In this document: positions 10,401-34,417 of the stretch, piece by piece
How the letters are laid out: every line of letters begins with the position of its first letter
How positions within the stretch are numbered: the stretch's first letter is position 1
Assembly: GCA_002269645.1 (NCBI GenBank)
Contig: NIVC01000434.1
Location: 540,199 to 604,198 of the forward strand
Length of the DNA stretch: 64,000 nucleotides
Reading direction: 5' to 3'
From: Macrostomum lignano
Taxonomy: Eukaryota
The notes under the pieces: model-generated
Told to the model about the DNA's origin: nothing
Database searches by the model: none
Seen by the model: the letters and a program-made list of their open reading frames with translations, nothing else
Position numbers and translations under genes: made by a program

Positions 10401-13400
10401 GTTAGCAAATACATGCAAATGAATGAGGGAATAGTCATAGACTTAGTCAATAGTCGCTCATCAAATAGCAGAAGCTAATGCATCAAGCTCATACTTCATT
10501 GTTTGGCCTCCAATTTGCGCTTTTTCTTGGCCAGTTTGTTCTCTGCCTTATCCAGATTCTTCCTCTCCACCTGCAGGGCTAGCATCTTCCTCTGGTATTT
10601 GCTTAGCAAGGCATTTGCCTTTTCCGATTCCAATTCAAGCAGCCACTTCTTTTCCCAAATCTCTATCACCGCATCAACATCTTTTGTATTGCTTGTACTA
10701 GCTGCCTCTTAAGCAAGTTGCTCCTTGTGCAGCTCCTTTTTCTGCATGCACCTTTGCCAAGCAGCTTGATTTTGTCGGGCATTGAATCCTTCGGCAATGT
10801 AATGGTCACCAAAAACAAAGGACTCACATGTGAGAGCAGTGGACTTCAGAAACCCATTGAGAAGCAGCCAAGCGTCCACAGTCAATGTATCTAATGAATT
10901 GTGCTTTCGCATTAGCAGATCTGCCAGGCTGGAAAATGGAATGCACGTTCAGCTTCAGAATTTCCATGTGGTATGCTTAGAGCAGCAGAGGCAAGTCGCC
11001 ACACTGTTGGAAATCTAAACTCCTCTGTTGACACCTTTAAACTCCCTACAATGAGCCAAAAGTCTAGCACAGTGGAATTGTCATCAAGAATGCTGATCTC
11101 ATTGGTTGCAATGGCCAGTACCAGCTGCCTCCATTCTCTATCAATTGCTGTGATGCTGTTTTCAGGAAATCTCAATGCTTTGGCCATCTTTGTTGCAAAT
11201 TTGGATGACAGGTTCTCAACTCTGCTTGGGTCCAAAAACTGTGCCTGGCATAGTGTTGCATTGCATCTGCTAGCGGTAAGTGGGATTGCAGGTAAGTTGC
11301 AAGTGCCATGTAAAATTGCTTTGCTTGAACAAAGCACTGTTTCTGGAGTCTCTCTGGGCATTGCTGAAGCAAGGACTTGGTCTTCTCACCAACAAACATT
11401 TCGTAGTCAGAGGCACAGTGCTCAAAATCAATTTGCATGGTTGTCAAGTGAGATGCATTGGCACTCACATAGTCAAGCTGAACAAAGCAGCTCAGAAGTT
11501 CCCTAAAGAGCTGACGCACATTGGCATACATTAAGTGAATTAGGACCGTTCTCTGTTGAAAATGCGTCTCAAACTTGTCAAGAATTGGCAAGACAGACTG
11601 AAGAAACAGAAGGTCAAACTCTACTTCCTTGTTCTGCAGCAGTTCACAAATCTACTGAACCTGCTTCTTCTCAAGGCTGCCAGTAGGCTCTGAGTTGTTG
11701 CACTTTAGAAAAAACTCTCGCAACCCAGGTAATTGCTCCACTAGTCTGTTAACTACAGGCAGCAGCTGGACCCAGCAAGTCTCTACACCATGGAGAAAGC
11801 AGTGACACTGGAGGTCCAGCAAGTCCTGTACATGCTCGTAGTGAGACTACCGGGATGTGTACATAAAGTACGAGTAGACTAAGTCAGCCAGACTCTCGCA
11901 CTCACTCCCCAGCTTGTCACAAGCGCGTTGGACGCCATTGGACACATGATGTAGAATGCATGTCGTAAGCTCCTGTAGCTGAGGCGCATACTTCCTGATA
12001 AGGACATGAAAGCCCTTGTTGCGCCCAACCATGACTGATGGTCTATCTGACATGATCAAGACGCAATTGAGCAGAGAGATTCCAAGCTCGGCACATGCAT
12101 CAACCACGGCTGTCTCAAGCATTGCAGCTCTTCTATCCCAAACTTAAACAGTCTTGATTGGCACAGCCAGAAGTTGACGATGCTTGATGGAAATGAAGGT
12201 GATGACAATCACAAGAAACTTCCTGGCACTCATGACTTCATTTGATTCATCAATAGACAAACTAAAGAAGCCACTGCCAGCATTTAGGTCTTGAACAATC
12301 TCCTCTCATAGCACAGGTGCGATTGCATTGGTCACTAAGTAGTATGTCTTGTTGCGCTTACAGCTAAACTTGGCAGCAATTTGACTGTCTGGGAACATTG
12401 ACTTGTACACATTGTGGTCAGACTTGGAAAATGACTGGTGGTGTTCTACCACAGACAGTGCATGGTGCAGCTCCGCCTCCATCACTTGCAAATCCAACTT
12501 GTCAGACTTGCATGTGTCACTACTAGCTCGAGCTGCTGGCTTGAAAAATGAGTCAATTGGCTTTGCTGCTGCTTGTTTGATTCTATGCCCAAATCCCACT
12601 CTGAGCTTGTACTTCTCATTGTGCTTCTTAGACTTTGCATGGTTTTCGATGGCACCAAACCTAGCTGAGCCAATGTGCAGAGTTGTAGAGCACAGCGTGC
12701 AGATCGCGCCATGACAGTCCTTGGTATTTGGTTGCAGCCAAATCTTGCACTTCTGATCATTGACCACGCGACTGTGCCAGGCTTCAATAAACTTTGTAGC
12801 TTGCTGCTTTGAGAGAGACATGCTGCAAATGTAAAAGTGAAGTGAGAAAATACCTACAGAATACATACCTACCTAGTTTTGCCTCCAAAAAAGGAGATAA
12901 AATAACAGTTAACAAAATCATTCTGGTATAACTCTTTTTCAAAACCAATGCAATGATGCATTTAGACAACATATGCATTAGTCAATGTAATGACAGTTAA
13001 AATAAAAAAGCCTGATAAGGCTTTCAAACACAAAATGGGATCGCTAAACTGGAGTAACAAAAAATGTAGAAATGCACAAATTCATTAAAATAATGCAACT
13101 GCGTTAAAAATGCAGCCTGTCACACCACTGATGCGCAACCTTGGGAATCACTTGGCCATTTCTATTGGCAACACACACATGTAAGTCACTATTGGCTGAG
13201 AGTAGTCACTGACTACTATTCTATCCTATAGCGACTTACATGTATGTTGCCAATAGAAATGGCCGAGTGAATCCCTAGGTTGCACCCAAGCATGTATATA
13301 TTGATAGACATGTTATAATATTGCATATTAATTAATATACTTCAGATTATTCTTCTTAAGTTCATGAAGCTCAATGGACTGTTTAATGCACTATTTTAGA

Positions 13401-13888
13401 GCAGCCTACCAAAGTTTCAAGGGCCCGTGGCAGTTGTTGCCATTCAGGGCAAGGATTCTATTGCTATGCTATACAACTATGTAAAGCATTCTGGATATTT
13501 GTGCACCAGTTTAAATATTGGGTAAGGTATTCTATTCATTGCAAGAATTCATTTAATTTATTGCACCTTTCCTTTTATTCATATACTGATAAAGTAAGAG
13601 TGCTAGTTTAATCCTAAGAATCCTATTGACATTAGATGTTGCAGGTTCCTATAGAATGATTTTTCATATGAAGTTGCAAAAATTGATTAGTTCAAATTCA
13701 CAAAATCTACCAATTATCAAACCACACCAACCATTTTCAACAGCAATTCAACAGCTTCGCCCATGTTTTGCCCAGCCACAGTGGCGGAGGCTCGCCTTGC
13801 TATTGACCAGCTGTTCCCTGTTGCTGGTGTTGACCTGCACAATTGGCAACGCTCTGTTGATTGGTACATTGTGCGTGAGAACTGCTAG
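7402..13888 (+). CDS. NDK (nucleoside-diphosphate-kinase)-fold protein, degenerate; last three exons 7402-7598, 13400-13521, 13744-13888
   Basis: Phase-compatible AG/GT exons. TTCCIIPLN...LGNVVQYLEEKGFKVVGLKL, GPVAVVAIQGKDSIAML and PATVAEARLAIDQLFP match NDK N-terminal, central and C-terminal patterns; stop TAG at 13886-13888. Upstream exons are not identified. Confidence 0.7.
8155..9020 (+). mobile_element. Non-autonomous hAT MITE, 866 bp
   Basis: Perfect 14-bp TIR cagtgttgggcacc / ggtgcccaacactg; 8-bp TSD tgtagaat / tgaagaat (7 of 8 match). Confidence 0.9.
9085..9967 (+). mobile_element. Non-autonomous hAT MITE, 883 bp
   Basis: TIR cagtgttgggcacc / ggtgcccaacacta; perfect 8-bp TSD gcaataga at 9077-9084 and 9968-9975; collinear with the 8155 copy. 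Confidence 0.93.
10232..13130 (-). mobile_element. Decayed full-length hAT transposon (2.9 kb) with pseudogenised transposase
   Basis: 13-bp TIR cagtggtgtgaca / tgtcacaccactg; TSD atatgcaa / atgcgcaa (6 of 8). Transposase fragments on - strand: BED-like CTLC...HAKSKKH, FSCKRNKTYY, FSLSIDES, IMSDR, CILHH and the dimerisation motif SIPHGNSEAERAF; broken by stops and frameshifts. Confidence 0.92.
13135..13283. mobile_element. About 150-bp foldback (hairpin MITE)
   Basis: Arms gcaaccttgggaatcacttggccatttctattggcaaca... and ...tgttgccaatagaaatggccgagtgaatccctaggttgc, about 55 bp and near-perfectly inverted. Confidence 0.8.
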
Positions 13889-14647
13889 GTCTAGAAGCAT
13901 GGGCTGGACACGTGCGTTTTCTTTTTTCAGACTAGACTCGATAAATGCAGTTGAAAATAGCTTTTAACCCTTGTATTGTAATCTTCTTGCACACAGCTTT
14001 TTACAGCTTTACCTGCAACTAGTAACTCTGCTACACTTACTTATTTTGCTTGCTCGTATTTATAATACATTTTTCTGCTTAGGGGCTAGTACTCGTACCT
14101 AGTCCTGATTAGGTTTTGTAGTTAGAAAGTTTTGCACGCACGCTCCATCGTGCAGGAGTGCAATATGATACAAAAATGTTCACATTTTTAGCTTAAACAG
14201 TTATTAAATTTTTGCACAAATTTCTACCGTAAAAATATATAGTCTCATCTCGAGTAAATTCATTTGTTTCATTTCTACCAGTGACATTGACTAGTCACTA
14301 TAGCTAGCAAGCATCAACTTCAGTTTGTCAGCTGCTTACTAAATATAATTTATAATTTTTTTTGCTTAATCTCATACTGACTGGTACATGTAAAGCAGCG
14401 AATCTTTACCAGCTATCAGTGATTTGAGAAGTTTTTTATGAAAATGGTCTCAGAATAGAAGATAGAAGAATAAATATTTAATATAGAAATTTGTTTTTGA
14501 ACTCTGAAGGATGAATCGAAACAATTCTGCATCGAAACTTTCTGAGGTTAAGTAAAGGACCAACAAAAACTGATGCCTTGAATGCTTTGAAATTCTCTTA
14601 CATGGAAATGAACCACATGGAACCATGGGACAACGCCGTCACATATG

Positions 14648-14911
14648 CTCAGCAACATTGAAAAGTCGCCACTCTATGCGCCAGTGATCGATTTCTCGGA
14701 CTATTATCAAATACAATATACGAGAAAACTGATCGGGGTAGCTTTAATTCATCCAACCCTCTCACACCGCTCCCCCCCACTTCATTCCTGAGCTCATCTG
14801 CCGCGGCGTAGCTAAGTTGCGTCACTCGCAAAGATTGAAACTACTTGCACCCTTAAAAGTGGCGACTACAGACGGAATCTTCTGTGATGGCTATATTTTG
14901 ATGTTGTTGAG
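14648..14911. mobile_element. MITE copy 2 of the 3350-3622 family, opposite orientation
   Basis: Reverse-complement homology across its length; ends ctcagcaacattgaaaagt / tgatgttgttgag followed by TA. Confidence 0.85.
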
Positions 14912-16751
14912 TACATATTAGCAATTGCAGAATTCGTCCACTAATGTTCTGAATTTAAGGGAACCAAATTTTGATCAGGCCTTAACAGCTGCGTTCACAT
15001 AAAACGTCGAAAAACCATTTAGTCCCAGCCCCTGAGAGCACTATAGTTGACATTATTATCGCGCTCTTTTCCATCGAATAAAGTCGCTCCAATCTTGAAT
15101 CAAAAAGGCTGGAACGAAATGTTTTGCAAGCGATAGATAAAACGCACGTTAACGCAGCTCTAAAATAATCCAACTTTAGCTCCCATTAAGAAAGCCATTA
15201 GTTGACGAGACTGCAGTTTGTACGAATTCAATTGCAAAAAGGTATACCAGTACATGTATTAACAATATACATGTACATGTAATTGTCAACTTTACTTGAA
15301 ATCGTTATCAGGACAGCTCGGTAGATCGAAGTAACCAAAATTTTGTACAGTTCAACAATTGCCTCAATTTGAAATAACTTCATCTTTAATAATAGCTATG
15401 AAAAAGTGACTCAATAAGCATACGCATACATGTACGCTATACTCATCGCCAAGGAATGAGATTGAACCACGCGATAATAAATATATGTATTTGTTTAAAA
15501 ATAAGAAATCAATCCAAACACGAATGAATTAAGAGCGAATACATCCATCCAATTTCTGCTGGAAATCCTGTGACCGAGTTCAGCTCGGTGAGAACTTAGC
15601 AAAATACAAATACAACAAACAGTTTGCGGAAGTGTGGAGCAAATAAAAATATTACGGTTGTACTGCGCCATTGTGGGAAGTCGAGTTGTAGATTTGGAGT
15701 CTGCTGATTAACAAAAACACAAGCGTGTAATGATAAAATTAAAAATTGGCATTAGGATAACATGTTACAGTCTGGCAGACAAAATCCACGAGCATATTTG
15801 ATGCCACTACGAGGTCAGTGGCTCTGGTTTGTCTAGTTAAAATTAAGTGATTGCCGTTACAAATCAACCGATTTCAACAGTGCCGACACAAACGTTAAAA
15901 ATATCTATTACAAAACATTGGCGAACAAGTTCTGAGAATTGAAAAAAAACAAATCAACATTATATGCAGTTTAATTTTATAAAGCCAGACAAAGCAGTAA
16001 ATATAACATTTGTTAGTGGGTGTCAGTCAGTTACAAAAGATGAGCATAAATTGAGTGGGAAAATAGCAGAGTTAAATGAGATCTGGAGTCTTCTAGTTAA
16101 ACCAACTACTCTTTCACATGGCACTGTTACCTCAGCATCAGCTGCAAAGGCATCTAACAATAAACAAGTATGTGGCACAGTGAAAACGTTATTTATCTAA
16201 ATAGAGTTTAAGAAACCAAAGGCCAATTCAATGAGAAACGGCTTGGAAAACATCAACTCCAAACAAGGCCACTAAGTGCAAGAGAAAAGTACACAGTTAT
16301 AACAATACGATTCCAGCGACAATGCAGAAACTAAAGCTAGATGGAACACAATACGGCAAGCGAGATGAACAGTAGCATATAGTGCAGCACAGAGAGATGC
16401 GAGCTGTGTGTGCAACACGAAGTTGATAGGATCTCAAATTTAAATACTTCGGGGAGTGGACATTTGTTCATAATGTGTACGGCTATAAAATGGAAAATAT
16501 TTGGTAACCAGGTGTTAGATAATTGGTATGAGCAAGTCAGTAAAATAGATACAGAATAATTATTCATATAATATTTGAACCAGCCAGTATGAGTGTAAAT
16601 ATTTAATGCATATATGTTGAAAATAAGTGGCAATATATATATATATCCATCCATATATATATATATATCATATATAGCTAAGTGATAAGCAAGCTCTAGC
16701 GCATACTTGCAACCTGCTCAAAACGCATGGAAACTGCAATACGCACAATCC

Positions 16752-27861
<11,110 letters not shown>

Positions 27862-29377
27862 TGCATGTAGAGTGATGAGGGCTTAAGCTTGGCATGCATT
27901 TATATTTTAATCCATTGTCAATATTGCAAATGTGAAGCACATAAATTACATCAGGTTTTTAGTGAATCTTGGCTTGCATCTGCTAGTGAAATTAATGCCC
28001 TTAAGGGCCAATCCCCAATGTGGTGGATGCCTATGCAGTAGGCAAAGTGTACATGCTACATGCTACAGTGTACAGCTTTATATGATAAATAAAGTTAGGG
28101 CTACTATATATACTCCTATATGAATGTGTCTGTGAATGATTGCATAACTTGTCATTATAGCAAATAACATAAAATAAATTCTATTACCAATCCCTACATT
28201 TAAGGATAGCAAGTTGGTAATTTGCAATGCGATCAATCCTCAGTCTATCCGTATGGGACTAATCCTGTCTATTGATTGCCATATTCAATTTAATGATCAC
28301 TGATAAATATGATTAATAATGCATTATAGCTATAGATTAAGTGCATATTTCTTATGAATTTCTAACAAAACAAATTTTCAAGTTTTAAATAATATAATAA
28401 TTTGTTTTTATATTTTTATGTTTACTCTTTTTTAAATAAATGCATTGACTATTCTTTATCACTTAGGAAGCATATATGCATAACTGATAGCTAAACTAGC
28501 TATCTACCATTATGACTCCTCTTAGGTTGCACATCAGAATAATTATGCTAATTCTCCTATTACTGATACAAAGGACTACTGGCATTTGACCATGTTTGTT
28601 CCCTTCTTAGATAGACTATTGGTCAACCTGTAATATTGATTTTCCTGCCTATCTGATGTCTAATATAAACTTAGTGCCTTGCCTTATCCTAGCAATAGAC
28701 AAAATATATAAGTCCCTTCATCTAGCTTAAGCTATCAATGTAACACTATACTTTGAAAGGCATATATCATGCCAGAAAATTCTGGCATGCATTTGGTTTA
28801 ACCAAATAATGTTAGTATGTACTTAATATGCATTCGGGTATTGCATGACAAAGGTGGCATGCTATGATATAGAATAGCTTGATGGCATAGAATGTGGTAT
28901 GATAGTGGGACATGTCTTCTTGAGGCATAACATGGGATTCTATTACGATTCTATATCATATAATATACCATATCTAGTTTTTTACTAGCAATCAATATCT
29001 CCTATTAAGGAGCCAAAAATATAGTACATTTTTTGAATAAACTTTATAGTAGCTTCTTTTTGCAATAACCTTAGCAATCCCTAGTAAGCCTTAATATCTC
29101 AGCAATTCACACCACAAGCCTTAATATAGTAGCTAGGCCTATCTGGCCCTATGACCCTTGACATTTTAGCAATGATACCATAGGCCTTTAAATCTAAAAA
29201 ACACCATCTCCTTTGTTTGTTATGCTAAAAAATATTTGTAGGCCTAATATCCAATCTGCAAAAGGAAGGGTATAAGGTAGAAATTTCTATTGTATTAAAA
29301 ATATTGGTATATTGGCTTACTTGTCATACATAAGTTATGTTTATAGGTACTAGCTATATTATAAACTGTTGTACACC

Positions 29378-29536
29378 TAGTAGTATAGCTAGGGGAGGGG
29401 GGCCAAGGCCTCCCAAAATTTACTCAAAGAAAAATTATCTTTTTGGCTTTCCTTGAAATTCTAGAAAAAAATCCTTCCTTTATAACCTCATTGAATGCTA
29501 ACTGGGTCCCTAAAAAAATTCTTAGCTATTCCATTA
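29378..29536. mobile_element. Decayed MITE of about 160 bp
   Basis: Ends tagtagtatagctagggg / cttagctattccatta are imperfect inverted repeats. Confidence 0.45.
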
Positions 29537-29619
29537 TGTATAAGTGTGTTTACAAAATGATTATTATACAATATGTGACTATAAATACATAGTTAAAACA
29601 ATTAGAGCAGGTCTATGTG

Positions 29620-32600
29620 AATTAAGTAACCAAAAATTAGTAACTATAAATTTAGTAATGCTTGAATTTAGTAACACTTAAATTTAGTAATTGTCAAATT
29701 TAGTAACACTTGAATTGAATTTAATACTTGAGTTTAGTTATGCTTGGATTTAGTAACACTTGATTGAATTTAGTAATATTTGAATTTAGTAATACTATTT
29801 GGTGTTCAGAAAAGTTCTATTGTCTTGCAACTTCACTCTTATATAGTGAACCCAATATAGAAAATTTTGCAATAAAATGCAATAAATAAAATTCAATATA
29901 ATAACGTTAAGCCCATGTTAAATGTTGCTTTTGACATCTCCTTGATTTTTTCATTGCTTTTATATTCTGTGGGAAATTCAAGAAAACCTGTTTGTAACAG
30001 TTAGTAGATATTCAAGTTAAGATGAAAATACATTTTTAGGAAAACTTTGTTTTATTTCATTATATATCAAGTAAGTTTTAGTCAAGTTAAGTATAACTAG
30101 GCAAATTAAAAATTAGATAATTTTGTTTATCTACTTAGTGAAAAACAAAACAATATACACTAGTTATGCAGCTTATAGCACATCTAGATAGGTCTTTTAA
30201 TAATCCACATTCCAAGCTCCTATCTTTGCAACTCAGCCTTCTTTCCAAAAGTTGCAATATACTATAGACCCCAGCTTTGTGTTTTTGTTGGCCAATTCCT
30301 TATACCAGCCCTTTAGTTAGCCTACCTACCTTATTCTTGTTCTTTAGAGCCTAACAAACCAGTAAAAGTCTTTGGAAGAGAGGAAAAACAAGAGGAACTA
30401 CACATTGAGACTGTACATACTAGGGCCACTTTGCCACTATTGTATACCCCAAAAGACTATGGGGATGGGGTCATACTATAAAGCTGTTGTAGTAAGTTTG
30501 ATTGTACGTCGGAACTTTTACACTATGGAGATTGGAGCTAAGAACGATCTTATCTTACGATGGCTTTATAGATCAGGCCTTATGTACATAAGCAATAATA
30601 ACTCCCAAGTATTTTTTTAAAGTTCCACAGATGATTCTTTTATTCTTAACTTCAAAGTGATATGTAATACATAATACAAGCAGATTGCAACTCCAAACAA
30701 TTATATATAGAAGCTATCATGAAACTATTAATAAGCAAGGCAAATGTAAAACAGGCTATTTAAACTTTGCTTATATTTATCATACAACTAGGAAATATGA
30801 TCCAACCCACTTATTCTTTCACTGTGAGAATTTCAATATACTTTGTCACACCTATCTGTGGCTACAATATAACATGGTCAAGCAATTGACTAGCTAGCAC
30901 CAATGCTACCATAGCCAAGGACAAGAATATCTTAAGATCCTGGAATTTAAAGAATGCATAAAGCAGCAAGCCTCCCATATCAATGATGCTCCCCATTGAA
31001 CTGTCTCAGTTGAGCTAGCTCAAGCTAACCTATCTGACTATTCTAATGCGAAACTACCCAACATAAGCACCTTGAAGCACAATGCTCGCAGAGCCAAAAA
31101 ATGCAGGGCTACCTACTTTGCCACATAATCTAGCTGACTTTCAAGTTCCAGATCTGCTGGCCTCTTTTTTAGATAGAACTTTATCCTTTACAACAGTGGT
31201 ACTCAAGATCTATACCAATTTCTAATCCTCAGGACACAATATGGGCTCAATTTGTTAGAGCACATTAATTGACACAGAAATGGTACCTTTGATTTAGCCC
31301 CTCTACTATTTGCTAGAATTTATACCTTTTATATAATAGCTTACAACCCAACTTTTATTGCAGTAGGACTCCTGTACAACAAAAAATTGTTAATGCCTAA
31401 AAATGCTTTTTATAGGTGCTCACGGACATAAATTCTAATCTCAACCCAGAATGCATTGAGTGACAATGAAGCTACTTTCCATTTGGCATTTTGCAATAAG
31501 TTCAAGCTATAGAGATTGACAAGTGCTTCTTCTATCATGCCCAATGCATTTGGTAGCATATCTAGGAAGAGGGACTTGCAGTCACATATGCCAAGGAGGA
31601 AAAGCTTGCAATAGAAGCCTGCTATCTCCAAGTCTTGGCACTCATACCTCTAGCTAATGTTACAGAGACCTTTGAGCAACTCAGCAACAATCAGCGCCAA
31701 GGCTACAATGAGCAACTGCAGCGCCTATATGACTACTATTAGGATGCATACATTGGATCCCATAGTGAGCAACAGAATGCTTATTATCTTATAGCTTTTG
31801 GAATATCTATATATGTATTCTAGCCAGCTTCAAGTGTACCAACAATGCTATCAAGGGCTAGCATTGCAGCTTTGAGACCTAGTTAGACTGCTCCCATCTG
31901 TTTATCTAAAAACTTATTTTTGCTTTACACTATGAGGCTCTCTAACCCACTGCTCTAAGCCCATGCTGAACAAGGGCACACTGTACCTAAATAAGCAAAA
32001 CACACTATTCTACAATGCCCGTGTCAATACCATTGTCAATTAACTCATTGCCAAAAAATGCATTGCATTTAATGCAATATATGCCAAGGCAAATTGTTTC
32101 CAATTTTAGCTATTTATGCACACTGACATATGACTTGATGTAATGTACATTTTGGGCTATATATTGTTCATTTTGTCACAAATAATATTAGTTCTAAATT
32201 TGGAATAATGTATATTACATAATTATATACAAGGGAAGAATAGTGAGCAAAATACATTTCGTAACTGATTACTGCATATATTGCAAATCAATTCAAGATG
32301 CCAAGAAATCTATTTCCATGTTGATTTAGATAGCTAAGGGCTCTTTAATTATAGTTGCACTATTGCACTATGCCTTGCAAAGTAAAATTAATTTTGGCAT
32401 TAAATTAGGATACTCTAGTTTTTCAGTAAGCACTTAAATATTTAAAGATATAAGAAATCTTAAAGCTATTTTTCAATGGTGAAATGCAGCATAGGCAAAA
32501 AATATAGCCTCAAATAAGCTGAAAAAGGGGAGTGCAGAGGCAGATAGAAGAGGCTAATCATTATCTAAGTTTTTTCAGACATTGTCCAAGTAAAAAGATA

Positions 32601-33400
32601 ATGTCTTGCAAAATAAGAAGCTACAAGTCTATTTTTATGAACAGGGAAGAGTAATTGACTAATTAGTTTATAATAATCTATATTGGCATAATGTGATTTC
32701 TCATTTTTTTAATTTAGTCAATGTATCCATGGGTTCATTTGCTAAGATAAGGCTACAATTGTAATGCTGATTATTTCACTTTGAACCAGCATTGTGACTA
32801 GCTTACATGGATTTAATTAGTGCTAAATCCAAATGGTATAGGCCTATGCTATTTATTTGTTTACTTTTTTCCAATAAAGATTTATCACAATAGGTTTTGT
32901 CTCTAAAACTGAGTAGCTTGGATCAAATATATTCAAGTGCAACATATATTTCTGTGAGCTTATCACAACCTTTACTTAAATTGCATGCTTCCTATTATAA
33001 TACCAATGTGTATATGGGTTTGTATGCTTATGCAAATATAGCTTATATTATTACCATTGTTAGAATAAAATATTTATACTTGGGATTTGTTTCCCAATTG
33101 GCAAAAATTCTTAAATTTATATATATATTAATAATGAAACTACCTATATAAATAATAAGTAACTTATAATATAATAATAAATAACTTGATAACTTATATA
33201 ATAATAAGTAACTTAGTAATAAGTTTTTGTACCATTATATTACAAAAATATTTATGGGATATCCCTTAGCTATTGTTGCATGACTAAATTAAAGTGTTAC
33301 TAAATTAAATTCAAGCATTACTAAATTCTAATGTTACTTAATTCCAACATTACTAAATTAATCATTACTAAACTTTGGTAACTAAATTTTATGCCATAAT
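29620..33400 (+). mobile_element. Fossil Mutator-like (MULE) element: FLYWCH + DDE transposase pseudogene (about 30720-32050) between inverted subterminal repeat arrays
   Basis: Translated fragments: KQGKCKTGYLNFAYIYHTTRKYDPTHLFFHCENFNILCH (FLYWCH-like), FILYNSGTQDLYQFLILRTQYGLNLLEHIN*HRNGTFDLAPLLFARIYT, KCFFYHAQCIW*HI*EEGL, LYDYY*DAYIG and NNAIKG*H. aatttagtaa repeats at 29620-29795 mirror ttactaaatt repeats at 33285-33390. Confidence 0.82.
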
Positions 33401-34393
33401 TGCTCTGGCCTTTTCTGTCATATATTGTTATATATTAACTAATGTCCATTTTTTAATTTATCCTCCATTGTGAAAAAAACAACTTTTTGCATTAGCCATT
33501 AGGCCTATAACTTATTATGTCTATAGGCCCTATTTTATGGCAATGGCTAGAGTTCCAATACCGGAACTTATTTTCTAATGGATATAGATCTGGCAGTCTT
33601 CAGCAGGCAGTTATCTACTAATGAAGTCTTTGAACATTAGAAGTATGTTGTTTTGAATCTTATTACCTATTTTGTTTTGATCTTATCTTGAACAAAATCT
33701 TAATATCAACCACCTATTAAAAAAGTAAAATGTTTCTGTGTTGAATTGAATGTTTTATTGAAAAAGAAGTCATTATCCCAGTTGTAAACAGAGAAAATGA
33801 TTGAACTTGATTTTTTTAGATTAAATTGTTTTGATGAAATATTTTCATTTTAAAATTACTAAATCTATAACTTTTATGCCATAATATTGCCATTGGACCA
33901 ATAACTTTTAAAGATGAAGAAAACAGTGTATTTACTAATTAGGTAGTTTGCAGGTTTTAGCTGTTTTTTATTTTAGATTTTTAGATTTTTAGAACATATT
34001 TTAGAGCATAAACAAAGACAAAGTGCATGCAAGATGCAAAATTTATGAAGTGTTGACACTTCGTCTTCCTGGAATAACACTAACAGTGGCCACTGCAGAG
34101 GGATAAAACCAACATAATATTTTTGAATAGTGGCAATCCCATACAATCCTGGCAGTTTGTCTCCTAATCTGTAAGTTCATCACTGCTGTTTATGATGCTT
34201 CATAAGTTATAACAAGAAACACAGGCCAGTAGGTGTAGGCCTAGGATGGGGCCTAGGTCCAGGTCCACGCCTATGACACCTACCAGGCTGCCATGCCTAT
34301 CCCTCAGAGTGATGCACTGTTCCAATGTCAATATGAGACCCGCGTGTTGGTTGTCGTCGTGTTAATCGATATCCATTTTTTATTATTTAAATG

Positions 34394-34417
34394 TAGTAGT
34401 AGTAGTAGTAGTAGTAA
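34394..34417. repeat. (TAG)n microsatellite
   Basis: Direct reading. Confidence 0.9.

Noticed and set aside
14987-15161. Possible Harbinger-like MITE (gctgcgttcac / gttaacgcagc)
   Set aside because: The inverted match is only about 11 bp with a mismatch and there is no clear TSD.
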